From: Candidatus Multivorans sp.
GTDB taxonomy: Bacteria > Acidobacteriota > Thermoanaerobaculia > Multivoradales > Multivoraceae
Length of the DNA stretch: 64,000 nucleotides
Reading direction: 5' to 3'
Assembly: GCA_965206765.1 (NCBI GenBank)
Contig: OZ242222.1
Coordinates: 23,730-87,729, forward strand
In this document: one piece after another, positions 10,099 to 19,098 of the stretch
Position numbering within the stretch: position 1 is the stretch's first letter
How the letters are laid out: each line of letters begins with the position of its first letter
Program-made: the position numbers and the translations under genes
The notes under the pieces: generated by a model
What the model saw: the letters and a program-made list of their open reading frames with translations, nothing else
Databases searched by the model: none
What the model was told of the DNA's origin: nothing

Positions 10099-12093
10099 TC
10101 ATTGCCTTTGCGGTAGAGCGAAAGCCACCAGCTCGGCCGTCGCCGCTTGGGTTTTCGCGTCTCTGCCCACGGCTCTGCCACCCGGCTTGCCGCCTGCCGG
10201 GACCACGATGTACTGGCGACCCTGGTAGCGGTAGGTGATCGGCACTCCGTGCAACGCGGTGTCGGTTTCCACCTGCGCCAGCACCTTGCCGGTGGCCTTG
10301 TCGTAGGCTGTGAGGTAGCTGGCTGTCGCCGTCGGGGCGTCCCAACTCTCCCGTTTGGGCGAGTGGGTGATGAGGAGCGTCCGGGTGACCAGAAGCCCGC
10401 CTTCGCGGGTGCCGCTCGAAGGGCGGCTGCCCAGGGGGCCGAGGTCGAGGTGACGGAGCGCGGGGTGATCGGTCGGGCCTTCGCCGAGGGGCGCCTGCCA
10501 GGCGTGCTCGCCCGTCTTCAGATCGATCGCCGTGATCCGCCGGTAGGGAGGCTTCACCAAGGGCAGCCCCTGCGGGATCTTGAGCCCGCCTCCTCCTCCC
10601 GTCGACTTCTTCACGTAGCGAAACTCGCTGCGCTCGGGATCCGGCTTCTCCAGCCCCCACGAGCCGATCTGGGTCGTCGATTGGACGTACACGACACCGG
10701 TCGCTGGATCGACCGACGCGCCCGGATGATTGGCCCCGCCGCCGGCGCCGGGCGAAACGATCGTGCCGAGCTTTCCTCCTTCGCCGACGACGATGGTGGG
10801 CGTGAAGATCGGCCCTGTGACATACGACTCGAGGACCTCGAGCGCCTCCTGGCGCATCTCCGGAGTGAAGTCCACCAGATCGTCGACGGTCAAGCCCTGC
10901 AGATCGAACGCTGGCGGCTTGGTCGGGAACGGCTGGGTCGGCGAGAGCTTCTCGCCGGGCACCGTGGACTGGGCGACCGGCCGCTCCTCGATCGGCCACA
11001 GCGGCTCGCCGGTGACCCGATCGAAGACGTAGAGGAAGGCGGTCTTCGCCGCCATGGCCACCGCCTTGCGCAGCCGGCCTTCGACGACCACGTCGACGAG
11101 GTTCGGGGCTGAGGCATTGTCGTAGTCCCAGATGCCGTGATGCACGGTCTGGAAGTGCCAGACGCGCTCACCGGTCTCCGCGTCGACGCATACCAGGCTC
11201 TCGCCGTACACGTTGTCGCCGTGCCGGTCGCCGGCGTAGTAGTCGCTCGACGGTGTCGAAGTGGCGAAGTAGACGTAGCCGAGCTCTTCGTCGGCGGCGA
11301 GCGGCGCCCACACGTTGGTGTTGCCCATCCACTTCCAGGAGTCGTTGCCCCAGGTCTCGGTGAACTCCTCGCCCTCCTGCGGAATCGTGTGAAAACGCCA
11401 CTTCTGCTCGCCGGTGCGCACGTCGTAGGCGCGCACGTGGCCCGGCGGGATGCCCTGCTTTCGGAACGGCACGTCGTAGATCCTCGAGCCGATGACGTAG
11501 GTGTCGCCGACCACTATTCCGGGCGAGCCGGCGCTGATGTCGCGCAGCCGGATCCCGGGGCGTCCGAGGTCGTCGAGCGACATGTAGACGAAGCCTTCCT
11601 CGCCGAAGTCGGGATCGGGTCGCCCGGTCGCAAGGTCGATCGAGATCAGCAGCTTGCCGGAGGTGGCGAAGAGAATGCGCTCCTGCTCGCCGTCGGTCCA
11701 GTACTCGATTCCCCGCGGACTCGAGTAGGCGGCCCTGGGCGCCTCGTGCGCCTTGGAGTCGAACACCCAGAGCTCTTCGCCGGTTGCGGCGTCGAGTGCC
11801 GCGAGTTGCCACAGCGTGGTCATCATGTAGACGCGGCCGCCGATCATGAGCGCCGAGCCGGTGAAGGCGCCCGGCTCGTCCCTTACGCGGTGGTCGGCGG
11901 ATTTCCAGCGCCAGGCCACCTCGAGCTGGGAGAAGTTCTCCGCGTCGATGTCCTCGAGCGGCGAGTAGCGGCTGAAGGCGTGGTCGCGGCCATGGTGCTG
12001 CCACTCGACGTCCTGGGCGCCGGATTCGCCGAGGGCAGCGGGGCCAGACGATGCGGCTGCCAGAGCCGCCAGTATGGCGTATGCAGCCCTCAC
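10099..12093 (-). CDS. PQQ-dependent dehydrogenase, glucose/quinate family (copy B)
   Basis: Same motifs as 5854-7854 (VHHGIWDYD). GTG start overlaps the stop of the DUF6152 gene (GTGA). Confidence 0.92.
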   Translation of the reverse strand: MRAAYAILAALAAASSGPAALGESGAQDVEWQHHGRDHAFSRYSPLEDIDAENFSQLEVAWRWKSADHRVRDEPGAFTGSALMIGGRVYMMTTLWQLAALDAATGEELWVFDSKAHEAPRAAYSSPRGIEYWTDGEQERILFATSGKLLISIDLATGRPDPDFGEEGFVYMSLDDLGRPGIRLRDISAGSPGIVVGDTYVIGSRIYDVPFRKQGIPPGHVRAYDVRTGEQKWRFHTIPQEGEEFTETWGNDSWKWMGNTNVWAPLAADEELGYVYFATSTPSSDYYAGDRHGDNVYGESLVCVDAETGERVWHFQTVHHGIWDYDNASAPNLVDVVVEGRLRKAVAMAAKTAFLYVFDRVTGEPLWPIEERPVAQSTVPGEKLSPTQPFPTKPPAFDLQGLTVDDLVDFTPEMRQEALEVLESYVTGPIFTPTIVVGEGGKLGTIVSPGAGGGANHPGASVDPATGVVYVQSTTQIGSWGLEKPDPERSEFRYVKKSTGGGGGLKIPQGLPLVKPPYRRITAIDLKTGEHAWQAPLGEGPTDHPALRHLDLGPLGSRPSSGTREGGLLVTRTLLITHSPKRESWDAPTATASYLTAYDKATGKVLAQVETDTALHGVPITYRYQGRQYIVVPAGGKPGGRAVGRDAKTQAATAELVAFALPQRQ

Positions 12094-12524
12094 CGGTTCG
12101 GTGGCGCCGTCGGGTCGGCTGAGTCCCTCGGCGCGCCGGTGCCGGAAGATCCCAGGAACAGCCTCTCCCCGCTGGCGTAGGTCACGGTGCGTCCCGCGCA
12201 CTTGTTCGAGCGATCCTTGGCCCGGAAGCCCTCGACGACGATCTCGGTTCCCGGCAGCAGCGAGTTCTTGGTGAAACCGCGACGAAACAGGGAGGGGGGG
12301 CTGCCGCTCTCGACCATCCAGGTCTCTATCGAGCCGTCTTCTTTCGTGACCTCGATGTGAATCCACGCATGCGGATTGATCCACTCCATCCTGGTCACCT
12401 TCCCGGTGAGCTTGACCGGGCTGTCGGCATCGAACTCGGCCGCGAAGGCATGGTGCCCCATCGCCGGCACGGCGCCCACGGCGAGGATGAGAGCGGTTGC
12501 GGCAATGAGGGCTTTGGTGTGCAT
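12090..12524 (-). CDS. DUF6152 family secreted protein
   Basis: Signal peptide followed by HHAFAAEFD..VKLTG.VT..EWINPH.WI, the typical DUF6152 N-terminus. SD GAAGGAGG. Confidence 0.85.
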   Translation of the reverse strand: MHTKALIAATALILAVGAVPAMGHHAFAAEFDADSPVKLTGKVTRMEWINPHAWIHIEVTKEDGSIETWMVESGSPPSLFRRGFTKNSLLPGTEIVVEGFRAKDRSNKCAGRTVTYASGERLFLGSSGTGAPRDSADPTAPPNR

Positions 12525-12544
12525 TGCGTTGTCCTCCTTCTCCG

Positions 12545-13387
12545 TCATTCGCTATCTCCGGCCTTCCAGACGCCCTTGCTCAAGTGGCGGTACATCAACT
12601 CTTCCGCGAACACCACGCACTTGAAGTCGAGGAGCTGCATGTTCTCGTCGATGCGTCGATAGAGCGGAAGGCTCACCTTCCACGGGCGGGTGTAGGTCTT
12701 GGGATCAGTGATCGTCGCCTCGTAGAGAAGATGGTCCGGCCCGGTCGCGGTGTAGCGCTCCAGGACGTGGATCTCCACGCTGTGGTGATTGCCGGAGCTG
12801 TCGAGCCAGGTGTCGGGAACCTGGGCGGAGACATCGATCACCAGGGTTTCTCCCTCCCAGTGACCGCGGGAGTGCCCCATCCAGTTGTCGCCGGGGCTCT
12901 CGAAGTCGGGTCGGTTCATGTAGACGATACGGCTGGCGCTGGCGAACTCGTAGGCGAAGATGACGTTCTCGGGGGTCTGGACGATCTGGAACGGGAAGGG
13001 CATGTAGTTGGCGCGGGGGATGCCGGGCATGAAGCACTTGATCGCCGGGTCCAGCTTCCACCACTGCGCGAGGTTCTCCTGCTGCTTCGCTCTCGCCGCC
13101 GGGGTGTAGGGGATCTCGCCGCCCTCGACGATGCCCAGGCCCCCCGGGATGGCGCCGAGCGCTCCCAGTTCGACGATCGGACCCATGCGGGCGGCGTGGC
13201 CCTCGATGTCCCAGTGCGCCGAGCTCAACGCCTGCCAGATACCGCCTAAGTCCGGCTCGCCATCGCTCGTGCGCGGGGCTCGGTAGTCTTGTGCCTGGAC
13301 CGCCGCCGCGGTCACCACAACCAAGGTCGCGACCGTGGCAACGAGTCGCTCTCCCCGCCTTCGGTTTCGCACTTTCTCGCCTCTCAT
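12545..13387 (-). CDS. Secreted conserved hypothetical protein, divergent member of the YEYACHEGN family
   Basis: PDLGGIW, DPAIKC.MPGIPR, WMGHSRGHWEGETLV and LLDFKC motifs. ATGA coupling with the upstream gene. Confidence 0.8.
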   Translation of the reverse strand: MRGEKVRNRRRGERLVATVATLVVVTAAAVQAQDYRAPRTSDGEPDLGGIWQALSSAHWDIEGHAARMGPIVELGALGAIPGGLGIVEGGEIPYTPAARAKQQENLAQWWKLDPAIKCFMPGIPRANYMPFPFQIVQTPENVIFAYEFASASRIVYMNRPDFESPGDNWMGHSRGHWEGETLVIDVSAQVPDTWLDSSGNHHSVEIHVLERYTATGPDHLLYEATITDPKTYTRPWKVSLPLYRRIDENMQLLDFKCVVFAEELMYRHLSKGVWKAGDSE

Positions 13388-14268
13388 TCGGGGTCGGTTT
13401 CCGCGGCTGCAGCGGCCTCCTGCTCGCCGACACGAGCGGCGCGCAGGATGTTCTCCATGTTGTAGTTGCCCTCGTGGCAGGCGAACTCGAAGAGCGGCTC
13501 GTTGCGCTTCCCCATCGGCATCCTCACCGTCCACGGCCTGACCCAGATCGGCGGATCGTCGATCGTCACCTCGTAGTGCATCGATTCGGGGCCGACCCGG
13601 GTGAAGCGCTCGGTCACCACCAGCTCTTCCGAATTGAGGGAGTGAAACCAGGACTGCGGGGTCCCTCGCTGGTGGTTGCCGGCGTACCCCTTGCGCAAGT
13701 AGTTCGTCGTCTCGACGACTAGCGAGTCGCCTTCCCAGCGGCCGCGCGAGTCGCCGAGCCATAGCTTGATCCGACGATCGGGGTGGGGCAAACCATCGAG
13801 GGCGATGACACGCGCCTCGTGAATCCACTCCATGAGGATGACCACCTGGTCCTTGTTCTGGACGATCTTGTAGAACTGGTTGAAGTTTGCCCGGACGGGC
13901 GCCCCCAGGGTCACACAGCGTTCGCCCAGGGAGCGATCCTTCCAGGTGTCGGCCGGATGCTCCGCCAAGTATTGCTGGAGCGCATCCCAGTCCTCCTGCG
14001 CCTTCTCGGTGAGCGCCGGAATCCCGCCGTCCGGCGGGTCGATGACCAGTTCAGACAGTCTGGCGCCGCCGCGGGTGCCGCCGATCTCCACCCACACCCC
14101 GCGCAGATCGGGGTGGCCGTCCACGGTGCGGGGTACGGTCCAGCCCGCGGGTGGCTCGGGCAACTCTACGGGCCCGCTGCCTCTTCCCCTCTGAGCCACA
14201 CCAAGACCAGGCAGGAGCACAACCAACGCGACCCCGGTCACCAGGCGTCGCGAAGACAATCTGCACAT
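13384..14268 (-). CDS. Secreted conserved hypothetical protein, YEYACHEGN family
   Basis: PDLRGVW, ERC, WLGDSRGRWEGDSLVVETTN and FEFACHEGNY motifs. Start MCRLSSRR after AGGAG. Confidence 0.8.
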   Translation of the reverse strand: MCRLSSRRLVTGVALVVLLPGLGVAQRGRGSGPVELPEPPAGWTVPRTVDGHPDLRGVWVEIGGTRGGARLSELVIDPPDGGIPALTEKAQEDWDALQQYLAEHPADTWKDRSLGERCVTLGAPVRANFNQFYKIVQNKDQVVILMEWIHEARVIALDGLPHPDRRIKLWLGDSRGRWEGDSLVVETTNYLRKGYAGNHQRGTPQSWFHSLNSEELVVTERFTRVGPESMHYEVTIDDPPIWVRPWTVRMPMGKRNEPLFEFACHEGNYNMENILRAARVGEQEAAAAAETDPE

Positions 14269-14434
14269 CAGCGGTCTCCTGCGGTTCTCGGTCGGTCGTT
14301 GCTCCTCGTCGGGGGCGCACTCAAAAGGCGGCAGTTCGATCTCTGTAGAACTGGTCTGCAGGAGCGTACCACTGGTGCGGGCGGTAGGCGCTGTTCGGCC
14401 ATGGGAATCCGCGTCCTGGATGTACGATAGGTCC

Positions 14435-14668
14435 ATGACGCAACGCCGACTCGCCAGCCGAGGTTCTGCCTACACTGCCGTCGTAGAACGCTGCCCCGAC
14501 ACCGGTTTCTACGTTGGGTACGTACCGGGTCTGTCCGGCGCCCACAGTCAGGCCGAGACACTCGAGGAACTCAACGTGCTCCGTGAGGTCATCAGTCTGA
14601 TCCTCGAGGACGGACCGCCTCCCATCACGGGTGAGTTCGTCGGCACGCAGGTCGTCGTGGTCGCGTAA
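14435..14668 (+). CDS. hicB: HicB-family antitoxin
   Basis: YTAVVERCPDTGFYVGYVPG..GAHSQAETLEEL motif. Probable leaderless start (TACGAT 6 nt upstream). Confidence 0.85.
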   Translation: MTQRRLASRGSAYTAVVERCPDTGFYVGYVPGLSGAHSQAETLEELNVLREVISLILEDGPPPITGEFVGTQVVVVA

Positions 14669-14675
14669 GGGGCGC

Positions 14676-14738
14676 GTGGCATCGATTCCGGTATTGAAGC
14701 CGCGCGAGACCGTCGCCATCACAGAGGAGTCGAAATGA
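14676..14738 (+). pseudogene. Truncated HicA toxin (first ~15 codons only)
   Basis: The GTG frame reads VASIPVLKPRETVAI..., like HicA N-termini (M.xIPVLKPxEV..IL). It then runs into the RBS and start of the next gene. The GSH catalytic motif is absent. Confidence 0.7.
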
Positions 14739-15328
14739 CCGATGTCGCCATAGCCGATCCGGAACTGCACACGGGCGATGAGGCAGTCCTTCGCCAAGCC
14801 ACCTTCAACCCGAAGGTGCGCACGTACTGGTTGCTGGCGGGCGCGCTGATCCTGACGGTGACCATCGTCGGGATCCCGCTGCTCATCTTCTGGTTTCCCA
14901 TCGGCCACGCCCTCACCGGCCGCTACCTGGCGCGCCTCCGCTGTGTGCTGACCGAGAAGAACCTCCACGTCGCGCGCGGCGTCCTGGTCCGGCAGGAAAA
15001 GACGGTTCCACTGGACAAGATCACGGACCTGGCGATGTCCCACGGGCCGATCATGAGGCACTTCGGCCTGCGTGGGCTGTCGGTGGAAACGGCCGGCCAA
15101 TCCGGCCCCGGCAGCCTGATCAAGCTGGTCGGCATCGAAGGAACCGAGGAGTTCCGCGCGGCCGTCCTGGCGCAGCGTGAACGGGTGGCGGGATCGGGCG
15201 GAGCATCGTCGGCGACGTCACCTGCTGCGGCGGGCGAAGCGGCGGCGGAGTCGGGGAAGCTGCTCGCCGAGATCAGGGACGCGCTGCTGCGAATCGAGCG
15301 ACGGTTGGACGGGGGCGCCGGAGGATAG
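14735..15328 (+). CDS. Bacterial PH-domain (bPH_2, YdbS-like) membrane protein
   Basis: Two TM segments followed by RGVL.RQEKTVPLDKITD....GP.MR.FGL..L.VETAG. Confidence 0.8.
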   Translation: MTDVAIADPELHTGDEAVLRQATFNPKVRTYWLLAGALILTVTIVGIPLLIFWFPIGHALTGRYLARLRCVLTEKNLHVARGVLVRQEKTVPLDKITDLAMSHGPIMRHFGLRGLSVETAGQSGPGSLIKLVGIEGTEEFRAAVLAQRERVAGSGGASSATSPAAAGEAAAESGKLLAEIRDALLRIERRLDGGAGG

Positions 15329-15380
15329 GGTGCCGCGACCGGCGGCAGGCCGGTGGAGATAGAGCAACCCGGAGCCGACC

Positions 15381-16400
15381 ATGACCGAGAACCGCCAGAT
15401 CATCATCGACTCGCTGCCAGCGGGCAAGCTCGAGCCCGGCAACTATGCGCTACGGACAGGCGAGGCGCCGGCGCCGGGTGACGGCGAAGTGCTGTGCCGC
15501 ACCCTCGCGATCACGATCGGCGCAGGCCAGCGGGCCGGGCTTCAGGGCAGCGCGAGCTACGCCGGGACGCCTCGCGCCGGGATCGTCATGGGTGGCGCCG
15601 CGGTGGCCCGCGTCGAGGCGTCGAACGCCGATGCGGTTCCGGTCGGCGCGCTCGTCGTCTGTCCGGCAGGCTGGCAGGACTACTCGGTCCATGCCGCGGC
15701 GAAGGTGCGCGTCGTCGACGACGGCGACGGCGACGGCGGCGGCGATCCGGCCCACCATCTCGGCGTCTACGGCACGAACGGGCTGACGGCCTACTTCGGG
15801 CTGTTCGATGTCGGCGAGCCGAAGGAGGGGCAGACGGTCCTCGTCTCGGCGGCCGCCGGATCGGTAGGCCACCTGGTCGGCCAGATGGCCGGCATCGCCG
15901 GCTGCCGGGTCGTCGGCGTTGCGGGCGGGGAGACGAAGTGCCGCCTGCTCACGGAAGAGCTTGGCTTCGACGCCGCGGTCGACTACAAGAGCCCCAACTT
16001 CCGGCTCGAGTTCAAGGAAGCGGTACCCGACCGCATCGACATCTACTTCGACAACACCGGCGGCGAGGTCCTGGGCGGCGCCCTGCGGCGCATGAAGACC
16101 CACGGCCGGATCGTCTGCTGCGGCGTGGTCTCCCAGTACGACACGTCGAGCCCGGCGCCGGGGCCGCGCGGCGTCCCGGGTCTCCTGATCAACAACCGCA
16201 TCCGGATGGAGGGTTTCCTCGTCTTCGACTACGCCGACCGCTACGCTGAGGGGCGAGCGCAGATGCGCGAATGGGTCGAGGCCGGCAGGCTGGTCCCGAA
16301 GCAGGACGTCTTCGAAGGACTCGAACGGGCGCCGGAGGCCTTCGTCGACCTGCTGGCGGGCGGCAACGTCGGCACGCGGATCGTGCGGGTCGCTTCGTGA
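15381..16400 (+). CDS. NADP-dependent oxidoreductase (prostaglandin reductase/CurA family)
   Basis: GLTAYFGL, VSAAAGSVG, YFDNTGG and CG.VSQY motifs. Confidence 0.92.
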   Translation: MTENRQIIIDSLPAGKLEPGNYALRTGEAPAPGDGEVLCRTLAITIGAGQRAGLQGSASYAGTPRAGIVMGGAAVARVEASNADAVPVGALVVCPAGWQDYSVHAAAKVRVVDDGDGDGGGDPAHHLGVYGTNGLTAYFGLFDVGEPKEGQTVLVSAAAGSVGHLVGQMAGIAGCRVVGVAGGETKCRLLTEELGFDAAVDYKSPNFRLEFKEAVPDRIDIYFDNTGGEVLGGALRRMKTHGRIVCCGVVSQYDTSSPAPGPRGVPGLLINNRIRMEGFLVFDYADRYAEGRAQMREWVEAGRLVPKQDVFEGLERAPEAFVDLLAGGNVGTRIVRVAS

Positions 16401-16454
16401 TCGGACGGTCCCGGTCCGGAGACCACAATCGGAGTTCCGTAGGGGGGGGAAGCG

Positions 16455-17747
16455 ATGAACCGAAGAGCACTCTTTACCCTGGCCACCCTGGCGCTTGTCG
16501 CCGCAATGGCATGGGGGTGCGCCGGTCCTGCCGGCGAGAGCGTCTCCGATGCGGACCAGTCGCCCGAGGCGCTGCTCGAACGCGCTCAAGCCATCCATGA
16601 ACGCGTGCTGGTCCTGGACGCCCACGCGGACATCGAGTTGCCGGACGCGCCTTCTCCCTACGTGGGCGACGATGGACTCTCGCAGGTCGATCCGGCCAAG
16701 CTTCACGCGGGCGGCGTCGATGCGGTGGTCATGTCCGTCGCGGTCGGACCGGGGCCGCGAACGCCGGAAGGCTACGCCGGCGCCCGGGCAACGGCGGACG
16801 AGGAAGTCGCGGCCGTTCTCGCGCTGGCGGCCGACCCGGTAAACAACGCGGTGGTCGCCCGGTCGGCCGACGAGTTGGTCGCTGCCCACGAAGAGGGCAA
16901 GGCGGCGCTCATTCTCGGCTTCCAGAATGCCCTGATCCTCGGGACGGACGTCTCAGCGCTGGACGACTTCTATGATGCCGGAGCGCGGGTGTTCGCGCTC
17001 ACGCACCTGGGGAACAACGACTTCGCCGACTCGTCGCGGCCGGTCTTCGACGCGGCGACCGGTACGCACGAACCGCCTGAGCACGGAGGCCTGTCCGACC
17101 TGGGCGTCGCCGCCATCGAGCGAGTCAACGCCCTCGGCGGCGTCGTCGACGTGTCCCAGTTGTCCCGATCGGCTGCCTTGCGAGTGCTCGAGATCTCGAC
17201 GGCCCCGGTGATCGCCAGCCATTCCAACGTACGGCAGCTCACCGACGCCAGCCGCAACCTGAGCGACGAGGAGATCGATCGTATCGGCGAGGTCGGCGGC
17301 GTGATCCACGTCTGCCCGTTTCGGGGCTACCTCTTCGACTCCGCCGATCCGTCACTGGACGAGGCGATCCGGGAGGCGCGGCGGGCCGCCGGCGTTCTGG
17401 AGGACTACCTCTATCCGTTCGAGCTCTACTGGGAGATCGACGATCCCGACGCTCGCTCAGCCTTCACGCAATCGATCAGCGAACTCCTCGGCCCGGGCAG
17501 CGTCGACTCGATGCTCGACCACCTCGACTACATCGTCGAGCGGATCGGCGTGGACCACGTCGGCATCGGATCAGACTTCAACCACGGCGGCGGCGTCGAA
17601 GGCTTCGCGGATGCCAGCGAGGCCCTGGGCGTGACCGCGGCCCTGCTCGAGCGCGGCTACAGCGAGGAGGACATCGCGAAGATCTGGGGCGGCAACTTCC
17701 TCCGTGTCCTCCGTGCGGCGGAGAGCTTGAGGAGTCCGGCTGAGTAG
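16455..17747 (+). CDS. Membrane dipeptidase (peptidase M19) lipoprotein
   Basis: DAHAD, LTH, ASHSN, RNLSDE, HVGIGSDF.HGG and KIWGGNFLRV motifs. Lipobox AWGC. Confidence 0.9.
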   Translation: MNRRALFTLATLALVAAMAWGCAGPAGESVSDADQSPEALLERAQAIHERVLVLDAHADIELPDAPSPYVGDDGLSQVDPAKLHAGGVDAVVMSVAVGPGPRTPEGYAGARATADEEVAAVLALAADPVNNAVVARSADELVAAHEEGKAALILGFQNALILGTDVSALDDFYDAGARVFALTHLGNNDFADSSRPVFDAATGTHEPPEHGGLSDLGVAAIERVNALGGVVDVSQLSRSAALRVLEISTAPVIASHSNVRQLTDASRNLSDEEIDRIGEVGGVIHVCPFRGYLFDSADPSLDEAIREARRAAGVLEDYLYPFELYWEIDDPDARSAFTQSISELLGPGSVDSMLDHLDYIVERIGVDHVGIGSDFNHGGGVEGFADASEALGVTAALLERGYSEEDIAKIWGGNFLRVLRAAESLRSPAE

Positions 17748-17823
17748 CTGTCGTGGCCCGGTCTTCGTTTTCGCGCCTCGACTACACTAGGGCGATCGAA
17801 TCTGTATTCACTGGAGGTCCTCC

Positions 17824-18927
17824 ATGACGAAGCGCATTGCAAGCCTGCTGTCGGTAGCCGTTCTCGTTCTCGTCTGTGCCCCGGCCCTCGCCGCTCAGGA
17901 CGACGGGATTCCACGAACCGCCAGCGGCCGACCCGATCTGAACGGGAGCTACGACGCAGCGACCCTGACCCCACTCGAGCGGCCAGCGCACCTTGGCGAT
18001 CGGGCCTATCTGACGCTCGAGGAAGCCCAGGCGATCGCCGACGAGGAGCGCGCGATCCAGGAAGGCGCGGTCGAGCGGTCCGACGCGGCCCGTGAGGCGC
18101 CGCCCGAGGGAGGCGCCAAGGTGGTCGGCCTGGAGCACACGGCGGGCGGCGGCAACGAGTTCGGCGCGGGCAACGTGGGCGGCTACAACCTGTTCTGGAT
18201 CGATCGGGGAACCGACGCCTACAGGGTCGACGGCCAGATCCCGACATCGATCATCCTCGATCCTCCGAATGGCCGCATGCCGCCCATGACTCCGGCGGCG
18301 CAGAAGATGATGATGGACGCCTTCGCGAGTTTCCTGCGTCCGAACGATGGGACCGCCTGGTGGGTCGAACAGGACGGGCCCGGCCCGTACGAAGGGCCCG
18401 AGACGCTGCCTCTGAGTGAGCGGTGCCTTGCCGGCTTCACGGGCGCCGCGCCCACCCTTCCGAGTCTGTACAACAACTTCAAGAGGATCGTGCAGACCGA
18501 CACGCACGTCGTCATCCTCCTGGAGATGATCCATGACGCCCGCGTCGTGCGTCTCGACTCCGAGCATGAGGCCCCCGAGGTCACGAAGTGGCTGGGCGAC
18601 TCGATCGGTTGGTGGGAGGGCGACACACTCGTCGTCGATACGACCAACTTCCGTACCGAACCGGCTTTCCGTGGGGGCTCGGAGAACACGCACGTCGTCG
18701 AGCGCTTCGCCGTGCAGCACGACGGCAGCGTGATCTACAACTTCACCGTCGAGGACGACACGGTTTGGACCGCACCCTGGACCGGCGAATACCTGTGGCA
18801 GGCGAGCGACGATCGTGTCTACGAATACGCGTGCCACGAAGGCAACTACTCCATGGGCGGCACGCTTCGCGGCGCTCGGGTCCTGGAAGCGGACGCGCTG
18901 AGCGGAGAGAGCACCGGTGGCGAGTAA
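17824..18927 (+). CDS. Secreted conserved hypothetical protein, YEYACHEGN family
   Basis: PDLNG, ERC, GDSIGWWEGDTLVVDTTNF and YEYACHEGNYSM motifs. Closest in-window paralog is 2524-3675. Confidence 0.82.
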   Translation: MTKRIASLLSVAVLVLVCAPALAAQDDGIPRTASGRPDLNGSYDAATLTPLERPAHLGDRAYLTLEEAQAIADEERAIQEGAVERSDAAREAPPEGGAKVVGLEHTAGGGNEFGAGNVGGYNLFWIDRGTDAYRVDGQIPTSIILDPPNGRMPPMTPAAQKMMMDAFASFLRPNDGTAWWVEQDGPGPYEGPETLPLSERCLAGFTGAAPTLPSLYNNFKRIVQTDTHVVILLEMIHDARVVRLDSEHEAPEVTKWLGDSIGWWEGDTLVVDTTNFRTEPAFRGGSENTHVVERFAVQHDGSVIYNFTVEDDTVWTAPWTGEYLWQASDDRVYEYACHEGNYSMGGTLRGARVLEADALSGESTGGE

Positions 18928-19098
18928 GGCCGCGCCGCCACGGAGCCGGTACGGCGTCGGTTGCACCCGCCGCGATGGCGGCGGTGCCACCCGCCCCTCC
19001 TGACCCGACTGGGCTGGACGTCGGTGCCGAGCGGGCTGACGTAGCAAGGGAGAGCACTGACCGGTTGCTCTTGAGAAGAACAAGCGGAGACAGCACAA

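Noticed and set aside
5854-12093. Lanthanide dependence inferred from WDWD/WDYD motifs
   Set aside because: D-x-D is normal in glucose/quinate-family PQQ enzymes and is diagnostic only in XoxF/ExaF-type clades. The ADH at 50985 has WDYS.
15371-15379. ggagccgac as an att copy of the tRNA-Thr 3' end bounding a 41-kb island
   Set aside because: Only 9 bp, it doubles as an SD region, and the interval contains housekeeping genes.
15718-15745. gacggc microsatellite in the oxidoreductase gene
   Set aside because: In-frame DGDGDGGG loop expansion with no phase-variation effect.
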